DNA of 11,649 nt, counting the filler, from Nanobdellota archaeon (GTDB taxonomy: Archaea > Nanobdellota > Nanobdellia > Woesearchaeales > CAZZGN01): assembly GCA_051819665.1 (NCBI GenBank). It is 3 parts of 3 records of this genome, joined end to end, with 100 filler letters (N's around TTAATTAATTAA, not from the genome) between each part and the next. Parts side by side here need not be neighbours in the genome. Positions count along the whole stretch, not along the records: positions 1 to 4,073 come from JBNJDG010000060.1; positions 4,174 to 8,027 come from JBNJDG010000062.1; 1 more part is not named here. The stretch is one strand, 5' to 3'. Shown in pieces: positions 1 to 6,907 of this stretch; position 1 is the stretch's first letter; each line of letters begins with the position of its first letter. Below the pieces are notes generated by a model. The model did no database searches and was not told where the DNA came from. It saw only the letters and a program-made list of their open reading frames with translations. The position numbers and the translations under genes are program-made.

Positions 1-2
1 AC

Positions 3-8
3 GGAGGT
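3..8 (+). promoter_or_regulatory. Shine-Dalgarno site for ORF 17..379
   Basis: GGAGGT at 3-8, followed by 8 nt and then ATG at 17. Confidence 0.7.
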
Positions 9-16
9 AGAAACAA

Positions 17-379
17 ATGGAAGAAAAACAACCAGACATAGGTTCGGTCGGGGCAATGCTAGATGAAAGCAATGAAATCAAAGGATTTTATAATGAGTTC
101 AATAATGAAACATATTCAGTACCCAACACAGGCTCGAGCGGAGCGGTCATGCAGGAAGGGAAAGAAAACCAGAGTCTCTTCTACAGGCTGAATAATATAA
201 GTGAAAACAAGCCCGGAGGACCGCCGGATATGCCTGTTAATGGCACCGGGAAAAAATACGGAACCATGGGAGAGACCAGGAGAGAGATAAACGAAGGCAG
301 GGGCCTTTTCAACATCCTCAACAAGGTGAAGGAGAATTACACCTCTCCAGGGAAAGTCAACATGAAATATGCCTTATAG
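17..379 (+). CDS. Hypothetical protein (120 aa) with three internal ~22-aa repeats
   Basis: Strong SD, ATG start, TAG stop followed by a T-tract, and an internal repeat at protein level. No family recognised. Confidence 0.75.
   Translation: MEEKQPDIGSVGAMLDESNEIKGFYNEFNNETYSVPNTGSSGAVMQEGKENQSLFYRLNNISENKPGGPPDMPVNGTGKKYGTMGETRREINEGRGLFNILNKVKENYTSPGKVNMKYAL
41..325 (+). repeat. Degenerate intragenic repeat, 3 copies (nt 41-106, 131-196, 260-325)
   Basis: Ungapped alignment of GSVGAMLDESNEIKGFYNEFNN / GSSGAVMQEGKENQSLFYRLNN / GTMGETRREINEGRGLFNILNK. Copies 1 and 2 are exactly 90 nt apart and are also similar at DNA level (31-57 vs 121-147). Confidence 0.7.
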
Positions 380-399
380 GCATTCATTTTTTTTATTTT
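369..399 (+). terminator. Putative terminator: short hairpin plus oligo-T tract
   Basis: ATGCCT(369-374)-TAT-AGGCAT(378-383) inverted repeat over the stop codon, then T8 (387-394) and ATTTT. Oligo-T tracts are typical archaeal termination signals. Confidence 0.5.
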
Positions 400-416
400 A
401 CCCGAAAAGAAGATAA

Positions 417-2756
417 ATGAAAGATTCTTCTGATAAGAACATGAAAGGATTCATAGTTCACCCGACTTATGAGATAAAGGAAGACAAGGCTTATGTACTT
501 CTATTCGGAAGACTGGAGAACGGCGAGTCTTTCCTCACGATAAATCATTTCAGACCATACTTCCAGATAAGGAAAGAAGACCTCGCCAGGGCAAAAAAGA
601 TAGCTGATTTTGATACAGAAGATGCCGGTTTCAGGAATTTCAATGACGAACCCACAGTGAAGGTCATAAAAGACATACCTTCTGAAATCCCCGATCTGAG
701 GAAAAAGCTCGAGGAAGCCGAGATCGAATGCTACGAGGCGGATATAAGATTCTCCTACCGTTTCATGATGGATCATCAGCTCAGCAGCTGCATGGAGATT
801 AAGGGAGAGCATGAGAAAGGAGAGCATGTGGACAGGGTATATAAAGAACCAGGGATAGAGAAGACAGAGGGAGAGTTTAAACTAAAAACATTATCTTTCG
901 ATATAGAGACAGACATAAACGGCAATGAGCTTTATTCGATATCCCTCTATTCTGATGATGTAAGTGAAGTCATATTCGTGAACAGGCATGACAGTTTAGA
1001 TGTAAAGGCCAAAGTTGTTGAGAACGAAAGAGAAGCATTAGAGCTGTTCTCTAAGAGAGTGAGAGAGATAGATCCTGACATCATAACCGGCTGGAACCTG
1101 ATCGATTTTGACCTTGCTTTCCTTGAGAAGAAATTCAAGCAATACGATATGCACTTCCGGATCGGCAGGAACAACAGGGATACAAGATTAAGGATCCAGG
1201 AAGGTTTCGTGATGGATTCTAAAGCGACTGTCACAGGAAGGAATGTCCTTGACGGAATGCATCTCCTGAAGAACTCCTTCTACAGGCTCAGCGATTATAA
1301 GCTCGATACAGCAGCGGAAGAGCTCCTCGGGGAGAACAAGAACATCGGGGAGAAAACAAAGGGGAAGGACATAGAAGAGGCTTACAGGAACAACCCGCAG
1401 GAGCTAATCGATTATAATCTTAAAGATTCGAAATTGGTGTATGATATCCTGAAGAAAGAGGGCATTATAGAGCTCACCATGAAGCGCTCGCTTCTGACCG
1501 GAATGCCTCCCGATCGTGTACAGGCATCAGTCGCAAGTTTAGACAGCTTATACATAAAGGATCTGGCTAAACATAAGATAGTAGCTCCTACAGCAAAGTT
1601 CAATAAAAAGGACAAAGGTGTCTCGGGAGGATTCGTGATGAGATCACAGCCAGGCATTTATGATAATATTGCCGTGTGTGATTTCAAGAGCCTCTACCCG
1701 AGCATAATAAGGACCTATAACATCGATCCTTTAAGTTTCGAGAGAGGGAAAGAGAACGGGGAGATCATTGCCCCAAATGGTGCGAGATTCGATAAGAAAG
1801 AAGGTTTCCTTCCGGCGATAATCGAAAGACTCTGGAAAAGCAGGGACGAGATGAAAAAGAAGAAGGACAAGGTAGGCAGTTTCGCTATCAAGATCCATAT
1901 GAATAGCCTCTATGGGGTAATTGCCAATCCATCATGCAGGTTCTATTCATACGATATGGCCGATGCTATAACTTCCTTCGGTAGGGAGAGCACAAAATCA
2001 GCTGCAAAGCTTTCTGAAGACATGGGTTATGATGTTATATATAGTGACACCGACTCGATTTTCATCAAGACACAAGCAGAAGATACAGAGAAAGCGAAAG
2101 AAGTAGGCAAAAAAGTCGAGGAGAAGATAAACAAGCATTTCGATGATCTGGTGAAAGAGAAATACAACAGGACGAACGTCCTGCAGATGGAATTCGAGAA
2201 GTTATACAGGCGCTTTCTGATGCCCCATACCAGAGGAAGCAAGGAAGGGGCCAAGAAACGTTATGCAGGTCTCCTAGTGAAAGATGATGGCAAAGAGGAT
2301 CTTGACTTCACAGGCCTCGAATTTGTAAGACGTGACTGGACAGAGCTCTCCAAGAAATTCCAGCTCGAACTGATATGGAGGATATTCAGGAAACAAGAGG
2401 TGGAGAGTTACATCAAGGATTTCGTGAAAAAGCTTAAGGAAGGAAAATTAGATGATCTCCTCGTGTACAGGAAAGCTCTTCGGAAGAGCACAGACGAATA
2501 CATAAAAACAACCCCGCCTCATGTCAAGGCGGCAAGGAAATTAGAGGAGAAGGGAAAACTCGAGAGCAATATAATAGATTACATGATCACGATAGACGGA
2601 CCCGAGCCTGTCCAGTACATGGAGAATGAGATCGATTATGAGCATTACATAGAAAAACAGATAAAGCCGATAGCGGATTCAGTATTGGTGTTTTTCGATA
2701 AGAGCTTCGATAGTATAACAGCAAAGACTTCACAGAAAGGCCTGTTCGATTTTTAG
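417..2756 (+). CDS. polB: Family B DNA polymerase, DNA polymerase II-like, with intact 3'-5' exonuclease motifs
   Basis: ExoI SFDIET, ExoII GWNLIDFD, ExoIII YNLKDS, motif A DFKSLYPSII, motif B KIHMNSLYG, motif C YSDTDS, KKRYAG, GLEFVRRDW. Pol II-like segments RFLMPHTRG, PPHVKAARKL, GPEP, IDYEHYIEKQIKPIA. Alternative start at 441 (MKGFIV). No intein. Confidence 0.97.
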   Translation: MKDSSDKNMKGFIVHPTYEIKEDKAYVLLFGRLENGESFLTINHFRPYFQIRKEDLARAKKIADFDTEDAGFRNFNDEPTVKVIKDIPSEIPDLRKKLEEAEIECYEADIRFSYRFMMDHQLSSCMEIKGEHEKGEHVDRVYKEPGIEKTEGEFKLKTLSFDIETDINGNELYSISLYSDDVSEVIFVNRHDSLDVKAKVVENEREALELFSKRVREIDPDIITGWNLIDFDLAFLEKKFKQYDMHFRIGRNNRDTRLRIQEGFVMDSKATVTGRNVLDGMHLLKNSFYRLSDYKLDTAAEELLGENKNIGEKTKGKDIEEAYRNNPQELIDYNLKDSKLVYDILKKEGIIELTMKRSLLTGMPPDRVQASVASLDSLYIKDLAKHKIVAPTAKFNKKDKGVSGGFVMRSQPGIYDNIAVCDFKSLYPSIIRTYNIDPLSFERGKENGEIIAPNGARFDKKEGFLPAIIERLWKSRDEMKKKKDKVGSFAIKIHMNSLYGVIANPSCRFYSYDMADAITSFGRESTKSAAKLSEDMGYDVIYSDTDSIFIKTQAEDTEKAKEVGKKVEEKINKHFDDLVKEKYNRTNVLQMEFEKLYRRFLMPHTRGSKEGAKKRYAGLLVKDDGKEDLDFTGLEFVRRDWTELSKKFQLELIWRIFRKQEVESYIKDFVKKLKEGKLDDLLVYRKALRKSTDEYIKTTPPHVKAARKLEEKGKLESNIIDYMITIDGPEPVQYMENEIDYEHYIEKQIKPIADSVLVFFDKSFDSITAKTSQKGLFDF

Positions 2757-2772
2757 AAAAAGAGGAGAAAAC

Positions 2773-4073
2773 ATGGGAATAAAAGCAGTACTGTTCGATC
2801 TGGACAATACGATATATGATTATGACAGCATAAAGGACAAGGCTCTAGACGCAAGTTATGATGTCCTTAAGGAAAAGGTGAAGATTAAAAAGAAGGATTT
2901 TCTCGACAATTTCTACAAGGCGAGAGAGCAGATACACAAAGACCTTTCCGGGACAGCATCCTCGCATAACAGGGTCCTTTATTTCCACAGATTGAGCGAG
3001 ATACTTGAAGAAGATATCGAACCTAAGACGATCATAGATATGTACAACGCTTACTGGGACAAGATGCTCAGTCTGATGAAGCCTAACCCTGGGCTGAAGA
3101 AGACGCTCATAGAGCTTAAAGGCAAAGGGAAGAAAATAGCGGTAGTTACCGACATGACAACCGATATACAGTTGAGGAAGATCGACAGATTAGGTATCAG
3201 CGGATATGTTGATTTTCTCATAACAAGCGAGGAAGCCGGCAGTGAGAAACCGCATTCTATAATGTTCCTTCTGGCGCTGAACAAGCTTTCCGTCTCCCCG
3301 AAAGAAGCACTCATGATAGGGGATAACCTAGAGGCTGATATCGAGGGGGCGAATTTCGCAGGACTCCATACGGCGCTCTTATCAAAAAGAAAGATCGAGG
3401 AAGAAGAGAAGGTAAAACCGAATCATCATATAAAGAAGCTCGATGAGACACTCTCCATCATCGACAGGATAGAGCTTAAGGATGTGCAGGAAGAAGGATA
3501 TATAAAATTTAAGCTTGAACATAAGAAAACAAAGGCATTAAGATACCATAAGATAAAGGACATAAACTCGTACAGGCAGAAGTTATACAAGATGGGGCTT
3601 ATAGGTGCTTATGAGAACAAGATCGGATATGGAAATATAAGCAGGAAGGTGAAAGAAGGTATACTGATATCCGGCTCGACTACCGGCAATTATAAAAGGC
3701 TCAACGGGGATCATTACAGTATAATCTATGATTATGATATAAAGAATAACAAGCTGTATTGCAAAGGCCCTATAAAGGCATCGTCAGAGAGCATGACACA
3801 TGCTGCCATATATGAATGTGATAAGAGCATCAATGCTGTAATCCATGTGCATGATCTTTCCATGTGGGAGAGGTATAAGGACAATCTCCCGACAACAAGC
3901 CAGGATGCGACATACGGCACACCGGAGATAGCAAAAGAGATAAAGAGATTGTACAAGGAGACAGAGCTTAAAGATAAGAAGATAGCTGTCCTTGGAGGGC
4001 ATAAAGAAGGTCTGATTGCTTTCGGTAATGATCTTGAAGAAGCTTTCTCAGTGATAAAAGAATATCATGATGC
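2773..4073 (+). CDS. HAD-superfamily phosphatase (subfamily IA, YjjG-like) fused to a C-terminal class II aldolase/adducin domain; 3' end lost in the gap
   Basis: HAD motifs FDLDNT, VVTD, EKP, GDNLEADIEGA (aa ~1-232). Aldolase II motifs EGYIKF, YGNIS, SSESMTHAAIY, VIHVH, GGHKEGLIAFG. SD AGGAG at 2763-2767. The apparent stop at 4125 lies inside the artificial linker. Confidence 0.88.
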
Positions 4074-4173
4074 NNNNNNNNNNNNNNNNNNNNNNNNNNN
4101 NNNNNNNNNNNNNNNNNTTAATTAATTAANNNNNNNNNNNNNNNNNNNNNNNNNNNNNNNNNNNNNNNNNNNN
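4074..4173. other. Artificial contig/scaffold spacer
   Basis: 44 N + TTAATTAATTAA (4118-4129, stops in all six frames) + 44 N = 100 nt, identical to the second spacer. Confidence 0.98.
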
Positions 4174-4177
4174 AAAC

Positions 4178-4194
4178 CCAAACATTTTTATATT
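4178..4194 (+). promoter_or_regulatory. Putative archaeal promoter (TATA box) of the glycogen operon
   Basis: TTTATATT at 4187-4194 preceded by A-rich CCAAAC, about 30 nt upstream of the glycogen synthase start region. Confidence 0.5.
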
Positions 4195-4223
4195 AATATC
4201 GCCCAAATCAGCCTTGAAAAGAG

Positions 4224-5999
4224 GTGAGCACGATCCAGCCGAAAGCTGATTACATGTTTGAATGTTCTTGGGAGGTCTGCAACAAGGTAGGCGGTATATA
4301 CACCGTCGTGAAATCCAAGGCAGGCCTGATGAAGAAGAATTACACCAATTATTTCCTCATAGGTCCTTACTTCGAGGACAAGGCGAATATAGAGCTTGAA
4401 GAGAAAGAGCCGCCCGAACAGCTGAAAGAGATTTTCAAGAAGCTTGAGAAAGAAGGCATAGTCTGCCATTTCGGGACATGGAACATCGAGGCAGAGCCCA
4501 ATGTCATCCTCATAGACGCGAGGAATTTCGCAGAGAACAAGGACAGTATAAAGAAGAACCTCTGGGAACACTTTGGTGTTGACTCTATCTCTTCAGGATG
4601 GGATTTCGAAGAACCCATGGTTTGGGCGACAGCGGCAGGCAAGCTTATAGATCATTTCCATAAAGAGGACACGGTAGCACATTTCCATGAATGGATGGCT
4701 GGCTTTGCAGGACTTTACCTGAAGATGCAGAAGACCAACATTGCTACAGTTTTCACCACCCACGCCACCATCCTGGGCAGGAGCATCGCAGGAGTAGGAG
4801 AAGACCTCTATAAGAACCTTGAGAAAATAGACCCTGAATCCGAGGCCAAAAAGAAAGGCATAACTGATAAGTTCACGGCTGAGAGAGCTTGCGCGAAGAA
4901 CGCAGAGATCTTCACGACAGTATCTGAGATAACGGCCATGGAAGCTGAAAAGTTCCTCGGCAGGAAACCGGAAGTTCTTGTCCTCAATGGTCTCACGATA
5001 GACGAGTTCCCTACATTCGAGGAAACCTCGATAAAGCATAACTACAACAGGGACCTCATAAGGGAATTCCTAAGCTATTACTTCCTGCCGTATTATAACA
5101 TCAACCTGGACGAGAACCTTATATATTTCATCGTCGGAAGATATGAGTTCAGGAACAAAGGGCTTGATATCCTGACAAAATCACTAGGTAAACTGAACCA
5201 AAAACTGAAGGATGAGGGTTCTGAGAGGACGATCTCAGTATTCTACTGGATTCCCGGAAGTGCGAAAGGCATAAAGAAAGACCTGCTGGAGAACAAGACA
5301 TTCTACAGGCATATAAGGAACTATGTGAGCAGGAATTCGGAAGAGTTCCAGAAGAAGATCATCAAGACCATACTCTCCCAAGAGCCTTTGGATAACGAAC
5401 ATCTGTTCTCGAAAGAGTTCAAGAGGAACAACAAGAAACACCTCAAGGGTTTCAAGAGGGAAGGACTGCCTCCTCTTACTACGCATTATCTTGAAGAGGG
5501 AGAGGAAAACAACGAAGTGATAAAGGCTTTCAAAAAAGAAGGTCTTCTGAACAGGCAGGAAGACAAGGTGAAAGTCATATTCTACCCTGTTTACCTTAAT
5601 GGCGTTGACGGGCTTATAGACCTGCCTTATTATGACTGTATCATGGGCTCGCACCTGGGTCTTTTCCCGAGCTATTACGAACCCTGGGGATACACTCCCC
5701 TTGAAAGTGCCGCTTTAGGCGTACCTGCTATAACTACAGACTTAGCCGGTTTCGGGAAATTCATAAGCAAAGACAGCAGGACCAACAAGAAAGGGATGTT
5801 CGTCTTAAAGAGACACGGCAAAGATGATCCTACAGAAGAGTTCACGAAGATGCTCTATGATTACAGCCAGCTGGACAGGCACAGCAGGGTGGAGAACAAG
5901 ATGGCGGTGAAGAACATCGCAGGATTAGCAGACTGGAAGGAACTGATAAAGAATTACATCAAAGCACATAACCTAGCTCTTAAAAAATGCCGGAACTGA
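4224..5999 (+). CDS. Glycogen synthase, glycosyltransferase family GT3 (Gsy/GYS-type, not GT5 GlgA)
   Basis: GT3 signatures WEVCNKVGGIYTV, HFHEWMAG, FTTHATILGR, FTTVSEIT, GRYEFRNKG and catalytic E-x7-E in FPSYYEPWGYTPLE. Start codon uncertain (GTG 4224, ATC 4233 or ATG 4254). Confidence 0.95.
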   Translation: MSTIQPKADYMFECSWEVCNKVGGIYTVVKSKAGLMKKNYTNYFLIGPYFEDKANIELEEKEPPEQLKEIFKKLEKEGIVCHFGTWNIEAEPNVILIDARNFAENKDSIKKNLWEHFGVDSISSGWDFEEPMVWATAAGKLIDHFHKEDTVAHFHEWMAGFAGLYLKMQKTNIATVFTTHATILGRSIAGVGEDLYKNLEKIDPESEAKKKGITDKFTAERACAKNAEIFTTVSEITAMEAEKFLGRKPEVLVLNGLTIDEFPTFEETSIKHNYNRDLIREFLSYYFLPYYNINLDENLIYFIVGRYEFRNKGLDILTKSLGKLNQKLKDEGSERTISVFYWIPGSAKGIKKDLLENKTFYRHIRNYVSRNSEEFQKKIIKTILSQEPLDNEHLFSKEFKRNNKKHLKGFKREGLPPLTTHYLEEGEENNEVIKAFKKEGLLNRQEDKVKVIFYPVYLNGVDGLIDLPYYDCIMGSHLGLFPSYYEPWGYTPLESAALGVPAITTDLAGFGKFISKDSRTNKKGMFVLKRHGKDDPTEEFTKMLYDYSQLDRHSRVENKMAVKNIAGLADWKELIKNYIKAHNLALKKCRN

Positions 6000-6907
6000 G
6001 AAAGGATTACGTGCTGGATAGGTACGTGATCATAGCAAAGGAAAGGGGGGACAGGCCTCACAAATTCAGGAAACCTTCTCCGGATAAGGAGAAAGGCAGA
6101 TGCTTCTTCTGTCCCGGTAATGAACACCTCACTCCTGAAGAGACAGGAAGGAGAGAAGACCATAACGGCTGGTATCTGAGATGGTTCGATAATAAGTTTC
6201 CCGCTATACAGATGAAAGGCGACCCGGATATAAGAACACACGATGAGTTCTTCACTTTCTCTGACGCCTACGGAAAACACGAAGTCATCGTTGAGAGCCC
6301 TGATCATGAAGATTACCTTTGTGATCTTTCAGAAGGTCACATCGCTGAACTGCTTAAGGTCTATAATGAAAGGATCGAAGCCCTGAGGAAGGAAGAGGGC
6401 ATAGAGTACGTACAGATCCTTAAGAACCACCTTCCCAAAGCAGGAACCTCCATACCTCATACTCACTCACAGGTAATAGCCTACAATATGATCCCCCGGA
6501 TAATAAAAGAGAAGGAGAAAGGCAACTATAAAGGAGTTATAAGCAAAGAGAAAGATTCAGACAGGAGAGCTTTCGAGAACGAGACTTTCGTATCATTCAC
6601 ACCCTATGCATCAAGGAACCCTTTAGAGCTCCTGATAATGCCGAAGAGAGAGATAAGGTACATGCACGAGCTTAACGAGAAGGAGTTCTCAGATTTCGCA
6701 AGTATCCTGAAAAAAGCATTGCTGAGACTGAAGGAGCTTAACGCACCTTACAATTTCTACATCCATTACCGGCCGCATCTTCAGCTAGTGATCCTACCCC
6801 GGCTCTCAACATGGGCAGGATTTGAGATAGCCACAGAAACAATTATAAATCCTCTCTCTCCGGAGAAAGCAGCAGGATTTTACAGAGGTGAACAAGATGG
6901 ACTTTAA
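5987..6907 (+). CDS. galT: GalT-family (HIT superfamily) hexose-1-phosphate nucleotidyltransferase: Gal-1-P uridylyltransferase or NDP-glucose phosphorylase-like
   Basis: ELRKD...R.DRP N-terminus, Zn motif CFFCPGNE, NKFP, GKHEVIVESPDH, and catalytic HxHxQ (HTHSQ, nt 6458-6472). Overlaps the glycogen synthase gene by 13 nt. Substrate not determinable from sequence. Confidence 0.9.
   Translation: MPELRKDYVLDRYVIIAKERGDRPHKFRKPSPDKEKGRCFFCPGNEHLTPEETGRREDHNGWYLRWFDNKFPAIQMKGDPDIRTHDEFFTFSDAYGKHEVIVESPDHEDYLCDLSEGHIAELLKVYNERIEALRKEEGIEYVQILKNHLPKAGTSIPHTHSQVIAYNMIPRIIKEKEKGNYKGVISKEKDSDRRAFENETFVSFTPYASRNPLELLIMPKREIRYMHELNEKEFSDFASILKKALLRLKELNAPYNFYIHYRPHLQLVILPRLSTWAGFEIATETIINPLSPEKAAGFYRGEQDGL

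Noticed and set aside
2040..2057. Motif C YSDTDS (usually YGDTDS) as a sign of an inactivated polymerase
   Set aside because: Both aspartates and all other polymerase and exonuclease motifs are intact; G->S alone is weak evidence.
3481..4073. Calling the fusion mtnB/mtnC
   Set aside because: The HAD domain resembles YjjG-like nucleotidases rather than enolase-phosphatase E1, domain order is reversed relative to the known fusion, and no other methionine salvage genes are visible.
4118..4129. Palindromic TTAATTAATTAA (also 8072-8083) as a repeat, att site or operator
   Set aside because: Centred in identical 44-N flanks both times; a synthetic six-frame stop linker.
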